From Brevundimonas sp. (GTDB taxonomy: Bacteria; Pseudomonadota; Alphaproteobacteria; Caulobacterales; Caulobacteraceae), in NCBI RefSeq assembly GCF_027484365.1, contig NZ_JAIXTC010000018.1:80286-144285 (forward strand): a stretch of DNA of 64,000 nt. The letters are read 5' to 3'. The notes beneath the pieces were generated by a model. That model had not been told where the DNA came from, ran no database searches, and saw nothing but the letters and a program-made list of their open reading frames with translations. Positions 40,241 to 50,305 of this stretch are shown here, piece after piece. The first letter of the stretch is position 1. Each line of letters begins with the position of its first letter. The position numbers were made by a program, and so were the translations under genes.

Positions 40241-40259
40241 CCACTTTCACCGCGCGAGC

Positions 40260-41537
40260 CTAGTGCTCGAACACGACCCGCCCGCCGACGATCGTCATCT
40301 CCACCCGCCCCTGAAGTCTGCGGCCGTCGAATGGCGAGTTCTTGGACTTGGACCGAAGCGCCGCAGCATCGACGATCACCGGCGCGCCGGGATCGAACAC
40401 GATCAGGTCCGCCGGGGCTCCGGCCTCCAGCACGCCGGCCTCCAGCCCGAGCAGGGTCGCCGGGCCGTGGGTGAGGGGCCGCAGCACGTCGAGAATGTCC
40501 AGCCCCTCCTCGTGATGCAGGCCCAGGGCGGCGGGCAGCAGGGTCTCCAGACCCACGGCGCCCGGCGCGGCCTCGGCGAAGGGGCGGCGCTTGTCCTCGG
40601 CGGGGGCGGGCGTGTGGGCCGAGGTGATCGCCTCGATCAACCCATCGCGCACCGCCTCGATCAGGGCCCGACGGTCGCTCTCGGGCCGCAGCGGCGGCTC
40701 AAGCCGGAAGAAGGTGCGGTAGTCGCCGATGTCGATCTCGTTGAAGCACAGGTGGTTGATCGAGACCGAGGCCGCGACCTCAAGCCCCCTGCCCCGCGCC
40801 CGCGCCAGCACCTCCAGCGCCGCTTCGGTCGAGATTTGATCCACAAGGAACCGCACGCCCGTCTGTTCGACGAGGGCGAGGTCGCGCTCCAGCTGGATGC
40901 GTTCGGCGATGGCCGGCGCGCCCGACAGTCCCAGACGGGTCGCCAGCTCGCCCGAGGTGGCCACGGCGCCTTCGCTCAGCCACGGATCGGCCGGGCGGCA
41001 GGCGATCAAGGCATTGAAAGCCGTGGCATAGGCCATCACCCGCTGCAGCACACGACTGTCGGCGATGACATGGTCGCCATCGGTGAAATACAGGGCGCCG
41101 GCCTCATGCATCAGGCCGATCTCGGCCATCCGCTTGCCGTCGCGCGCCCTCGTGGCGGCGCCCGCCGCGCGGACGTTGACCAGGTTGAGGGCCGCGCCCC
41201 GCCTCTGGATAAAATCAACCATTGCCGGATCATCCACAGCCGGGTCGGTGTCGGGCTGGATGACCACGGTCGTGACCCCGCCCGCCGCTGCGGACAGGCT
41301 GGCCGACTTCAGCGTCTCCTTGGGCTCCGCGCCCGGCTCGCCGGTGCGGACGCGGATGTCGATCAGGCCAGGCGACAGGCACAGACCGCGCGCGTCGAGG
41401 ATCTCTGTGGCCGAAACCGCGACCGAACCCCGCTCGACCCGGGTGATGACACCGTCCTCGATGACCACCGAGCCGGGGCCGTCGTAGTCGGTCGCCGGGT
41501 CCAGCAGACGGGCGTTGATGATGGCCCTGGAACTCAT
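40260..41537 (-). CDS. pyrC: Dihydroorotase-like protein, probably non-catalytic PyrC' (PyrX type)
   Basis: Amidohydrolase fold ([32 protein letters not shown]). HxH metal motif reads RVR and the catalytic Asp motif reads TSAHTP. Confidence 0.88.
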   Translation of the reverse strand: MSSRAIINARLLDPATDYDGPGSVVIEDGVITRVERGSVAVSATEILDARGLCLSPGLIDIRVRTGEPGAEPKETLKSASLSAAAGGVTTVVIQPDTDPAVDDPAMVDFIQRRGAALNLVNVRAAGAATRARDGKRMAEIGLMHEAGALYFTDGDHVIADSRVLQRVMAYATAFNALIACRPADPWLSEGAVATSGELATRLGLSGAPAIAERIQLERDLALVEQTGVRFLVDQISTEAALEVLARARGRGLEVAASVSINHLCFNEIDIGDYRTFFRLEPPLRPESDRRALIEAVRDGLIEAITSAHTPAPAEDKRRPFAEAAPGAVGLETLLPAALGLHHEEGLDILDVLRPLTHGPATLLGLEAGVLEAGAPADLIVFDPGAPVIVDAAALRSKSKNSPFDGRRLQGRVEMTIVGGRVVFEH

Positions 41538-42514
41538 GCCGCGCCCTCCAGACGGGCGGACAGCGAGGCCAGGACGGCCATGCGCGCCGCGACACCCATC
41601 TCGACCTGGTCCTGGATCAGGGACACGGACAGGTCGTCAGCCACGTCGGAATCGATCTCTACGCCCCGGTTCATCGGCCCGGGGTGCATGACCCTCGCGC
41701 CCGGTGCGGCCCAGGCCAGCTTCTCGCGGTCCAGACCCCAGAAGCGGAAATATTCGCGCGTCGACGGGACCAGGGCCCCGTCCATCCGCTCCAGCTGCAG
41801 CCTCAGCATCATGACCACGTCGCAGCCGGCCAGCCCCTCGCGCATGTCGTGGAAGACCTCGCAGCCCCAGCGGTCGGCGTCGCCGGGCACCAGGGTCGGA
41901 GGCCCGATCAGACGCACCCGCGCGCCCATCATCGACAGGAGGGCGACATTGGACCGCGCCACCCGGCTATGGGCGATGTCGCCGCAGATGGCGACGGTCA
42001 GCCCGCCCACCTCGCCGAAGGCGCGACGCAGGCTCAGCAGGTCCAGAAGGGCCTGGGTCGGGTGTTCGTGGCGGCCGTCACCGGCGTTGACCACCGCGCA
42101 GCCGACCTTCTGGGACAGAAGGGCCGCCGCCCCCGAGGCCCCGTGCCGCACCACCAGAATGTCGGGCTTCATCGCGTTCAGGGTGACCGCCGTGTCGATC
42201 AGGGTCTCGCCCTTCTTCACCGAACTGGCCTGCACCGGCATGGTCACCACATCGGCGCCCAGACGCTTGGCCGCGATCTCGAACGAGGAACTGGTCCGCG
42301 TCGAGTTCTCGAAGAACAGGTTCATGACCGTGCGGCCTCGCAGCAGGTCGAGCTGCTTCGTCGACTGCCGGTTCAGATCGACGAACCCGTCCGCCAGATC
42401 GAGCAGGCTCAGCACGAACGGCGGGTTCAGATCCGCCGAGGCCAGGAAATGGGGTTTCGGGAACGGGACCAGCCGGTCGGCGATCAGGTCGGCGGCTGCA
42501 TCAGTCTGGGTCAT
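41534..42514 (-). CDS. pyrB: Aspartate carbamoyltransferase catalytic subunit
   Basis: [53 protein letters not shown] 42514. Confidence 0.98.
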   Translation of the reverse strand: MTQTDAAADLIADRLVPFPKPHFLASADLNPPFVLSLLDLADGFVDLNRQSTKQLDLLRGRTVMNLFFENSTRTSSSFEIAAKRLGADVVTMPVQASSVKKGETLIDTAVTLNAMKPDILVVRHGASGAAALLSQKVGCAVVNAGDGRHEHPTQALLDLLSLRRAFGEVGGLTVAICGDIAHSRVARSNVALLSMMGARVRLIGPPTLVPGDADRWGCEVFHDMREGLAGCDVVMMLRLQLERMDGALVPSTREYFRFWGLDREKLAWAAPGARVMHPGPMNRGVEIDSDVADDLSVSLIQDQVEMGVAARMAVLASLSARLEGAA

Positions 42515-42537
42515 CAAAGCCCGGCTATACGTCCCGG

Positions 42538-43461
42538 TCACGCCAGATGGAAGAGGGCCAGAAGCAGGGGAATGCCCAGTGCGCTGCCGACCGTCGTCAG
42601 GGCCACGATTCCGGCCATCAGCGGCGCATCCCCGCCCATCTGACGCGCCAGGATGTAGGACGCCGCCGCGCCCGGAGCGGCGCCGCACAGCAGGGCGATT
42701 CCCTGGGCCGTCTCGTCCCCGCCGTACAGACGGCACAGCCCCCACATCAGGATCGGCGTGATGACCAGCTTGACGAAGGACACGCCCGTGATGGTGACCC
42801 GGCGGCGCGCGACCTCGGCGAAGCTCAGGCCGGCCCCGGCTACGATCAGCCCCAGCGGCAGGGCGGCGCCGCCCAGCAACTCCAGGGTCTGGGATATCCC
42901 GGGGATCCGCGGCACATGGGCGAGGTTCAACGCGAGGCCGATCAGACAGGCCAGCAGGATCGGGTTGGACAGGATCGCCTGGGCCAGAGACCACGGCGAG
43001 ATATCCCGCCGGTCGGCTCCCCAGTGTTCCAGAACGATCACGCACAGGATGTTCGTCACCGGGATCATGGCCGCGATCACGACCGCCGCCAGCGCCAGGC
43101 CGTCGGGGCCATAGACGGCCTGGATCACCGGAAGGAAGACGAAGCTGTTCCAGCGGATCACCCCCTGAAACACCGACGTATAGGCCGGCCCGTCAAGCTT
43201 CAGCAGAGGCCGGACCAGCAAGGTCGCCGCTGCGATGATCGCCACCGAACTGACCGCCGCCGCACCCGCCGCGCTGGCGCCGCCGCCGGAGATGTCCGCG
43301 TTCCAGATCGCCGGGACCAGGAAGCCCGGGTAGAGCAGATTGATCGACAGTTTCTCGATCGGCCGCCAGGTCGCATCCGGCAGGAAGTCGGACTTCCTCA
43401 GCACATAGCCCAGCGCGATCAGGATGAAGACCGGGACGACCCCGGCGAACAGGGCGGTCAT
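42538..43461 (-). CDS. AEC (auxin efflux carrier) family transporter
   Basis: About 10 TM helices, PVF.LIALG, RWNSF..LP, LSNPIL, PL.L...GA.L. Confidence 0.88.
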   Translation of the reverse strand: MTALFAGVVPVFILIALGYVLRKSDFLPDATWRPIEKLSINLLYPGFLVPAIWNADISGGGASAAGAAAVSSVAIIAAATLLVRPLLKLDGPAYTSVFQGVIRWNSFVFLPVIQAVYGPDGLALAAVVIAAMIPVTNILCVIVLEHWGADRRDISPWSLAQAILSNPILLACLIGLALNLAHVPRIPGISQTLELLGGAALPLGLIVAGAGLSFAEVARRRVTITGVSFVKLVITPILMWGLCRLYGGDETAQGIALLCGAAPGAAASYILARQMGGDAPLMAGIVALTTVGSALGIPLLLALFHLA

Positions 43462-43937
43462 ATCCAGCTCTTCTGATCACGGACGCGGTCCAGCGCGCCC
43501 TGCAATATCCAGGCGGCCGCGGTCCGGTCGACCACGCCTGCCCGGCGCTTTCGCGAGAGATCCAGCTCGTCGATCAGGAACCGCTCGACCGCGCTGGTCG
43601 ACAACCGCTCGTCCCAGAAGGCGACGCTGGTGGGCCGAAGCCTGTCCAGATTCCTCGCAAAGGCACGGCACGACTGGGCGCGCGGCCCTTCCGTCCCGTC
43701 CATATTGACCGGCAGGCCGATCACGAGGCCCGTGACCTTGCGGGCGTCCATCAGCTTGAACAGGGCCTGGGCCTCCAGGGTGAATTTCGATTTCCGGATC
43801 AGCTGAAGCGGGCTGGCGATCAGCCGGGTCGTGTCCGAAACGGCCACGCCGATGGTGGCCTCTCCGAGGTCCAGCCCCATCCACGCCGTGTCCGGCGGGC
43901 AGGCTTCAGGCAGGTCGACGAGATCCACAACAGGCAT
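43458..43937 (-). CDS. ruvX: YqgF/RuvX family nuclease
   Basis: GLDLG..TIGVAVSD, VIGLP.NMDGTEG, WDERLST, VD..AA.WILQ. ATG 43937. Confidence 0.95.
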   Translation of the reverse strand: MPVVDLVDLPEACPPDTAWMGLDLGEATIGVAVSDTTRLIASPLQLIRKSKFTLEAQALFKLMDARKVTGLVIGLPVNMDGTEGPRAQSCRAFARNLDRLRPTSVAFWDERLSTSAVERFLIDELDLSRKRRAGVVDRTAAAWILQGALDRVRDQKSWI

Positions 43938-44010
43938 TCGTGGGCGGTAGGCGTTGCCATTGCGACTGTCAAAGGCGAGGGTGAGCAATCGCTGAATTGG
44001 GAGGCTCAGA

Positions 44011-44538
44011 ATGTCGGTGCGCGTTCAAATCCTGGCGGGTGTCGTGGCGGCAGGGCTTTCGCTCAGCGCCTGCGACGCCGTGTCGAAGGCGCCCGCTGCG
44101 GCCGATCCCGCGGCCGCTACGCCGCCCCAGGCGGAACCCCTGACCGCCTCGGGCCCAGCCGAGACGCTGACCGCAGAGCCGGAGACGGACGAAAGCCTGA
44201 TGTCCGCCGCCAGCGTGGTCCGGATCGACTGGGTGGCCGCGGGAGGGGCCAAATTGTTCGGGACGGCCGGCGGCGATCCGGCCGCGAACGGCCTGTACAC
44301 CTACATCGCGTTCTTCACCTCGCCGGGCGACGGCTGGGTGATCTACAATCTCGGCAACATCCTGGACTATACCGTCCTGGCCTCGGAGATCGGCAGGGTC
44401 GATCTGGACATTCACGAGACCACGTTCGACGAGGCCACGGGCGAGCTCGGCAGCCACCACCGCAAGGTGATCGTGACCTGGACGCCCGGGGACGACGGTT
44501 CGCCTCCGACCAATGTCGCCGTCACGCCCGCACGGTAA
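44011..44538 (+). CDS. Hypothetical lipoprotein
   Basis: Lipobox LSAC after a hydrophobic stretch, Ala/Pro/Glu linker, then a beta-rich domain. Confidence 0.8.
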   Translation: MSVRVQILAGVVAAGLSLSACDAVSKAPAAADPAAATPPQAEPLTASGPAETLTAEPETDESLMSAASVVRIDWVAAGGAKLFGTAGGDPAANGLYTYIAFFTSPGDGWVIYNLGNILDYTVLASEIGRVDLDIHETTFDEATGELGSHHRKVIVTWTPGDDGSPPTNVAVTPAR

Positions 44539-44612
44539 GCCCTGCGGTCCTTGTGCAGCGCGGCACGGGCGGCTAATCCCGCCCGCTTGCACTGAGACTA
44601 TCGGAGGGCCGG

Positions 44613-44900
44613 ATGGCCATCGACGCAGAGACGGTGAGGAAGGTCGCGCACCTCGCCCGCATCAAGACCGCCGAAGACCGGCTGGAGCCGCTGGCCGGTG
44701 AACTGAACGGCATCATGGCCTGGATCGACCAACTGAATGAGGTCGATGTGGCCGGTGTGGAGCCGATGACCTCGAACGTCGCCCAGCCCCTGCGTCTCCG
44801 TGACGACGTCGTCACCGATGGCGCCAGAGTCGAGGCTGTGCTGTCGAACGCGCCGCAGTCCGCGGACGGCTTCTACGTCGTGCCCAAGGTGGTCGAATAG
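44613..44900 (+). CDS. gatC: Asp/Glu-tRNA amidotransferase subunit C
   Basis: [29 protein letters not shown]. Confidence 0.97.
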   Translation: MAIDAETVRKVAHLARIKTAEDRLEPLAGELNGIMAWIDQLNEVDVAGVEPMTSNVAQPLRLRDDVVTDGARVEAVLSNAPQSADGFYVVPKVVE

Positions 44901-44902
44901 TC

Positions 44903-46381
44903 ATGAGCGACCTGACCCAACTGACCCTGAAGGCCGCCGTCGACGGCCTCAAGGCCAAGGCCTTCTCTTCGGAAGAGATCACCCGCGCCTTCGTCTCGAA
45001 CATCGAGGCCGCCAACCCGACCCTGAACGCCTATGTCGTGACGACGCCGGAGAAGGCGATCGAGATGGCGAAAGCCTCAGACGCCCGTATCGCCGCCGGA
45101 ACCGCCGGCCCCCTCGAAGGCGCGCCCCTGGGCATCAAGGACCTGTTCTGCACCGAGGGTGTGCAGACGACCGCCGGCTCCAACATGCTGCGGGGCTTTG
45201 TCCCGCCCTATGAATCGACGGTGACCGCCAATCTTTGGCGCGACGGGGCGGTCATGCTGGGCAAGCTCAACATGGACGAGTTCGCCATGGGCTCGTCCAA
45301 CGAGACCTCGGCCTTCGGTCCGGTCGTGAACCCGTGGAAGTCGAAGACCTCCAACGCCGACCTGACGCCCGGCGGCTCCTCGGGTGGGTCCGCGTCGGCC
45401 GTCGCCGCCGACCTGTGCCTGGCTGCGACGGCATCCGACACCGGCGGCTCGATCCGCCAGCCCGCCGCCTTCACCGGCACGGTCGGAATCAAGCCCACCT
45501 ATGGCCGCGCCAGCCGGTTCGGCATGGTCGCCTTCGCCTCGTCGCTGGATCAGGCCGGGCCGATCACCAAGACGGTCGAGGACGCGGCCCTGATGCTGCA
45601 GTCCATGTGCAGCTTCGACGTCAAGGATTCGACCAGCCTCGACATCCCCACGCCCGACTGGTCGGCGTCCGTCGGCCAGTCGGTCAGGGGTCTGCGCATC
45701 GGCGTGCCGCGCGAATACGTCGTCGACGGCATGCCCGCCGAGATCCAGGCCCTGTGGGACCAGGGCGTGGCCTGGCTGCGTGACGCGGGCTGCGAGATCG
45801 TCGACATCTCCCTGCCCCACACGAAATACGCCCTGCCGACCTACTATATCGTGGCCCCGGCCGAGGCCTCGTCGAACCTGGCGCGCTACGACGGCATGCG
45901 GTTCGGCCATCGCGCCGAAAAGGCGACCAGCCTGACCGACCTCTATGAGACCAGCCGCGCCGAGGGCTTCGGTAAGGAGGTCCAGCGCCGCCTGGTCATC
46001 GGGGCCTATGTGCTGTCGGCCGGCTTCTACGATGCCTACTACGTCCGGGCCCTGAAGGTCCGCCGTCGCATCGCCGAGGATTTCGACAAGGTCTGGGGCC
46101 AGGTCGACGCCATCCTGACGCCGTCGACGCCTTCGGCCGCCTTCGCCCTGGGCGACAAGCAGATCGATCCGGTGACAATGTACCTCAACGACGTCTTCAC
46201 GGTGACCGCCAACCTCGCCGGCCTGCCCGGGATTTCGGTGCCTGCGGGCATCGATACCAACGGCTTGCCGCTGGGGCTTCAGGTCATCGGCAAGGCGCTG
46301 GATGAGGCGACCGTTCTTCAGGTCGGCGCGGCGCTGGAACAGGCGGCCGGCGGTGTGGGTCGAGCCGAGCGCTGGTGGTGA
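44903..46381 (+). CDS. gatA: Asp/Glu-tRNA amidotransferase subunit A
   Basis: [45 protein letters not shown]. Confidence 0.98.
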   Translation: MSDLTQLTLKAAVDGLKAKAFSSEEITRAFVSNIEAANPTLNAYVVTTPEKAIEMAKASDARIAAGTAGPLEGAPLGIKDLFCTEGVQTTAGSNMLRGFVPPYESTVTANLWRDGAVMLGKLNMDEFAMGSSNETSAFGPVVNPWKSKTSNADLTPGGSSGGSASAVAADLCLAATASDTGGSIRQPAAFTGTVGIKPTYGRASRFGMVAFASSLDQAGPITKTVEDAALMLQSMCSFDVKDSTSLDIPTPDWSASVGQSVRGLRIGVPREYVVDGMPAEIQALWDQGVAWLRDAGCEIVDISLPHTKYALPTYYIVAPAEASSNLARYDGMRFGHRAEKATSLTDLYETSRAEGFGKEVQRRLVIGAYVLSAGFYDAYYVRALKVRRRIAEDFDKVWGQVDAILTPSTPSAAFALGDKQIDPVTMYLNDVFTVTANLAGLPGISVPAGIDTNGLPLGLQVIGKALDEATVLQVGAALEQAAGGVGRAERWW

Positions 46382-46404
46382 TCTAGGATGGACGGGAACG
46401 CGGA

Positions 46405-46899
46405 ATGAAATCGTTCACGCGTTCCCGATCCTTCAAGCGCGTGCTGACGGTGATCTACTGGATCGCCTTGCCGCTGGTCCTGCTGGCCATGGTCGGTTCG
46501 GTTCTCCCCGGCAATCAGTATGAGGGGCCGCTGCCGTCGTGGGTCTACGCCCTCGGCTTCGCGGCCTTCGCAGCCCTGATCGGCTGGAGACTATGGCTGA
46601 ATAGCCGAGCTCTCGGCTATGCCACGCCATCGGCGGGCCGGGTTCTGCGTGTGATTGCGCCACTCGGCCTGTTGGCGATTGCCGGTCTCGTTGTTGCTCT
46701 TCTCGGAGCGGCATGGATCGGCATCGGCCTTTGGTTGACGTTCGACCCCGAGGCGGGACCTGCTGGTCCTTGGCCGCTTGGAACGGCAATCGTTGGATTT
46801 CTGTCGCTCATCTTCGGGCTGGCTCTGACCCTGCCATTCATCCGCGTCGTGCGCCGTGCGCCCCCTGAAGAGGCGGATATAGTGGAGCCGAAATCTTGA
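46405..46899 (+). CDS. Hypothetical membrane protein (about 4-5 TM helices)
   Basis: Hydrophobic segments, clean ORF downstream of gatA, somewhat AT-richer codons. Confidence 0.7.
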   Translation: MKSFTRSRSFKRVLTVIYWIALPLVLLAMVGSVLPGNQYEGPLPSWVYALGFAAFAALIGWRLWLNSRALGYATPSAGRVLRVIAPLGLLAIAGLVVALLGAAWIGIGLWLTFDPEAGPAGPWPLGTAIVGFLSLIFGLALTLPFIRVVRRAPPEEADIVEPKS

Positions 46900-47117
46900 A
46901 CCGCGACGGCTGGCGCGTTCTGATCAAAGGCCTGTCGGTCGTGGCCGGCATTGCGGCCTTCGGCGCCAGCCTTGTCTGGGTCGTCTTCGCAAAGGTGCTG
47001 GAAGGCTATGCCACGAACGCCGCTGCCGCATGGCTGATCGCGGCGGTGTTCGCTCTGGCTGGAGCGGCGCTTTGTGCGTGGCCGTGGCTTCAGTGGAAGC
47101 CTCCCCCCAAGGCGTGA
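46896..47117 (+). CDS. Small hypothetical membrane protein (2 TM helices)
   Basis: TTG start overlaps the previous stop (TTGA); two hydrophobic helices. Confidence 0.55.
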   Translation: MNRDGWRVLIKGLSVVAGIAAFGASLVWVVFAKVLEGYATNAAAAWLIAAVFALAGAALCAWPWLQWKPPPKA

Positions 47118-47195
47118 CACCGACCATGAGCCCTCCCCTCGCAATCCCCTTCAGTGAACGCTACATCCGCTCCACGTCACCGTGAGAGCCTGTCC

Positions 47196-48377
47196 ATGTC
47201 CGATCCCGTCGTCATCGTCGCCTTCGCCCGCACGCCCATGGGCGGCTTCCAGGGGGCCTTCAACGGCGTGAAGGCGACCGAGCTCGGGGCCACAGCGGTC
47301 CGGGCGGCGGTCGAGCGATCGGGCGTGTCGCCGGACCGGATCGAGCAGATCTACATGGGTTGCGTCCTGCCCGCCGGCCTCGGTCAGGCGCCCGCGCGTC
47401 AGGCCGCCATCGGCGCGGGGCTCGGCCAGCATGTCGAGGCGACGACGGTCAACAAGATGTGCGGCTCGGGCCTTCAGGCCGTGATGATGGCGTCTGACAG
47501 CCTTGCGGCGGGCAGCGCCGACATCATCGTTGCGGGCGGCATGGAGTCGATGACCGGCGCCCCCTATCTGATGAACAAACACCGCGGCGGCGCCCGCATC
47601 GGCCACGATGTCATCGTCGACAGCATGTATATGGACGGACTCGAGGACGCCTATACGCCCGGCAAGCTGATGGGGAATTTCGCCGAGGACTCGGCCGCGA
47701 CCTATCAGTTTACGCGCGAGCAGCAGGACGCCTATGCCCTCGAAAGCCTCAGCCGCGCGCTGAAGGCCATCGAGAGCGGCGCCTTCAAGGCCGAGATCAC
47801 CCCGGTCGAGGTCGCGGGCCGCAAGGGGACCGTCTCGGTCACCGAGGACGAACAGCCCGGCAAGGCCATGCCGGAGAAGATCCCGACCCTGAAGCCCGCC
47901 TTCTCGAAGGACGGCACCATCACCGCTGCCAACGCCTCCTCGATCAGTGACGGCGCCGCCGCCCTGGTCATGACCCGCGAGAGCGTCGCCCGGGCGCTGA
48001 ACCTGCCGGTCGTCGCCCGGATCGTGTCCCACGCCGCCCACGCCCATGAGCCGGGCCTGTTCACCACGGCCCCGGTCCCCGCCATGCAGAAGGCGCTGAA
48101 GAAGGCCGGCTGGTCCGTGGACGACGTCGACCTGTGGGAGATCAACGAGGCCTTCGCCGTCGTGCCCATGATCGCGATGCAGGAGATGGGCATCGACCAC
48201 GCGAAGCTGAACGTGAACGGCGGTGCCACGGCCCTGGGCCACCCGATCGGGGCGTCCGGCGCGCGGGTCCTGACCACATTGATCTCGGCCCTGCAGACCC
48301 GGGGCCAGTCGAAAGGTGTCGCCAGCCTGTGCATCGGCGGCGGCGAGGCCGTGGCGCTCGCGGTCGAACTGGCCTGA
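47196..48377 (+). CDS. Acetyl-CoA C-acyltransferase (thiolase)
   Basis: RTPMG.FQG, NKMCGSG, GGMESM, INEAF, GHPIGASG, CIGGG. ATG 47196. Confidence 0.96.
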   Translation: MSDPVVIVAFARTPMGGFQGAFNGVKATELGATAVRAAVERSGVSPDRIEQIYMGCVLPAGLGQAPARQAAIGAGLGQHVEATTVNKMCGSGLQAVMMASDSLAAGSADIIVAGGMESMTGAPYLMNKHRGGARIGHDVIVDSMYMDGLEDAYTPGKLMGNFAEDSAATYQFTREQQDAYALESLSRALKAIESGAFKAEITPVEVAGRKGTVSVTEDEQPGKAMPEKIPTLKPAFSKDGTITAANASSISDGAAALVMTRESVARALNLPVVARIVSHAAHAHEPGLFTTAPVPAMQKALKKAGWSVDDVDLWEINEAFAVVPMIAMQEMGIDHAKLNVNGGATALGHPIGASGARVLTTLISALQTRGQSKGVASLCIGGGEAVALAVELA

Positions 48378-49366
48378 TGATCGATCTCAGCCGTCGTTCC
48401 CTACTCGGCGCGGCGGCTGTGACCGCCGCATCGGCCGGCGCTGTGAAGGCCCAGAACTCCGGAAATGGGGCCATCGCCCCGCCTGATCCGACGGAAGTCG
48501 TGCGTCTGTGGCCCAACGGCGCACCGGGGGGCGAAAACGTCACCGTCACCCCGATCGTGCCCGAACGCTCGACCGACCCGGCCTTCCACGACCGGTACGC
48601 CCAGTACACGACCGACCCGATCCTGACCGTCCTGCGGCCCGGGCGGCCGAACGGAGCGGCCCTGCTGCTGATCCCCGGCGGCGGCTATCGCTGGGCCGTG
48701 GTGGACAAGGAGGGACTGGACTGCGCCCGGGTCTTCGCGGCCGCCGGCGTCACCTGTTTCGTCCTACGCTACCGCCTGCCCGCCGACGGATGGGCCGCGG
48801 GGCCGAACGCACCGTTACAGGACGCCCAGAGGGCGCTTCGCCTGATCCGCGCCCACGCCGCCGACTACGGCGTCGATCCGGCCCGCATCGCCAGTCTGGG
48901 GGCCTCGGCCGGGGGCCATCTGGCCGGTCTGCTGGCGGCCCGGTCCGACGCGACCTACGAGGCCGTGGACGCGGCCGACGCGGTCTCGCACCGGCCCGAC
49001 CTGAACATCCTGCTCTACCCCGTCGCCACCCTGGCCGATCCGTTCGCCCATAAGGGATCGCGCGAGCATCTGCTAGGCCCCGCGCCCACGGCCGAGCAGA
49101 TCGCCGCCTGGTCGCTGGAGCGGATGGACTGGACCGGCGTCGGCCCCACCGTCCTGATCCACGCCCTGGACGACGCCAGCGTGCCGCCCGAAAACAGCCT
49201 GCAGCTGCTCGCCGCCCTGCGCGCCTCTGCCGTCGTGACGGAGGCCCATCTGTTTCAGGAAGGCGGCCACGGCTTCGGCATCCGCCTGATCACCGGGAAG
49301 CCCGCCGCCGTCTGGCCGGAACTGGTGCTGGCCTTCGGTCGACGGAACGGCTGGCTTACCGCTTGA
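48377..49366 (+). CDS. Tat-exported alpha/beta hydrolase (esterase)
   Basis: Twin-arginine SRRSLL, IPGGGY, GASAGGH nucleophile elbow, D..V and GGHGFG catalytic motifs. ATG overlaps the thiolase stop. Confidence 0.9.
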   Translation: MIDLSRRSLLGAAAVTAASAGAVKAQNSGNGAIAPPDPTEVVRLWPNGAPGGENVTVTPIVPERSTDPAFHDRYAQYTTDPILTVLRPGRPNGAALLLIPGGGYRWAVVDKEGLDCARVFAAAGVTCFVLRYRLPADGWAAGPNAPLQDAQRALRLIRAHAADYGVDPARIASLGASAGGHLAGLLAARSDATYEAVDAADAVSHRPDLNILLYPVATLADPFAHKGSREHLLGPAPTAEQIAAWSLERMDWTGVGPTVLIHALDDASVPPENSLQLLAALRASAVVTEAHLFQEGGHGFGIRLITGKPAAVWPELVLAFGRRNGWLTA

Positions 49367-49480
49367 CCGCCCGATCCGCAGGTTTCGGCGGTGTCAGCGC
49401 GGAACGCCTTTGCGGCTCCCGCATCAGGCGGATCAGGGCTTCAGGGCCTGTCGACAGAACGATCACCGTCACAACTGTTT

Positions 49481-49497
49481 TTGCGAGTCGTTCGCAA
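49481..49497. promoter_or_regulatory. Perfect palindrome TTGCGA-N5-TCGCAA, candidate alphaproteobacterial Fur box
   Basis: TTGCGA GTCGT TCGCAA. The same motif occurs with one mismatch twice upstream of bfd-bfr. Confidence 0.65.
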
Positions 49498-49525
49498 CAT
49501 TGCGCCATCTTCCGCGCCGTGGCAA

Positions 49526-49550
49526 GCCGATCCCCGGCGGCTTTTTCAAT
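49526..49550 (+). terminator. Terminator-like hairpin between the Fur-like box and the VOC gene
   Basis: AAGCCG-ATCCCCGG-CGGCTT followed by TTT (T5 run in total). Confidence 0.45.
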
Positions 49551-49562
49551 CGGATTACGACC

Positions 49563-49904
49563 ATGCGAAGCGACGGAAAACTCGACTATCTCGAGCTGCC
49601 CTCGACCGGCCTGCCGGAGACGAAGGCCTTCTACGAGGCCGCCTTCGGCTGGTCCTTCCAGGACTATGGCCCCACCTACGCCGCCTTTAACGAGGGCCTG
49701 GACGGCGGTTTCGACGCCGATCCCGAGCGGCCGCAAGCCCCCCTCCCCGTGCTTTACGCCACAGACCTACCGGCCATGCTGGCCCGGGTCGAGGCGGCCG
49801 GCGCCACCATCCTGAAGCCCATCTTCGACTTCCCAGGCGGCCGGCGCTTCCACTTCCGCGATCCGTCCGGCAACGAGCTGGCGGTCTGGTCCGAGGGCGG
49901 ATGA
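49563..49904 (+). CDS. VOC/glyoxalase family protein
   Basis: GKLDYLEL, KAFY..AFGWSF.DYGP.Y, FPGGRRFHF.DPSGNELAVWS. ATG 49563. Confidence 0.92.
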   Translation: MRSDGKLDYLELPSTGLPETKAFYEAAFGWSFQDYGPTYAAFNEGLDGGFDADPERPQAPLPVLYATDLPAMLARVEAAGATILKPIFDFPGGRRFHFRDPSGNELAVWSEGG

Positions 49905-50305
49905 AGGCCTGCGGCGACTGCGGCCTGTGCTGCAAGATCATGGGTGTCACCGCCCTTGAGAAGCCCGCGGGCCGCTGGTGCCGCCACTTCGGCAAGACGA
50001 CCGGCTGCGCCATCTACGAGGATCGCCCGAGCGACTGCCGCGTGTTCAACTGCCTGTGGCTGTTGACCGAGGCGCTGGACGACCGCTGGAAGCCGACGAC
50101 CTCCGGCTTCGTCCTTCATTCCGAGCTGGGCGGCGCGCGGCTGATCGTCGAATGCGACGCCGCTCGTCCTCACGACTGGCGGCGTGAGCCCTATGAGGCC
50201 CAACTTCGTCGCTGGGCCTCCGCCGAGGGGCAGGAAGTCCTCGTCTTCGCCGGCAAGCGCGGGGTCCGGCTAGGCGCGACCGATACGCCGGTCAGGCGGG
50301 CCTAG
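49901..50305 (+). CDS. YkgJ-family CxxCxxCC cysteine-cluster (zinc/iron-chelating) protein
   Basis: CGDCGLCC, WCRH, CAIYEDRP..CR.F.C. Confidence 0.88.
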   Translation: MKACGDCGLCCKIMGVTALEKPAGRWCRHFGKTTGCAIYEDRPSDCRVFNCLWLLTEALDDRWKPTTSGFVLHSELGGARLIVECDAARPHDWRREPYEAQLRRWASAEGQEVLVFAGKRGVRLGATDTPVRRA

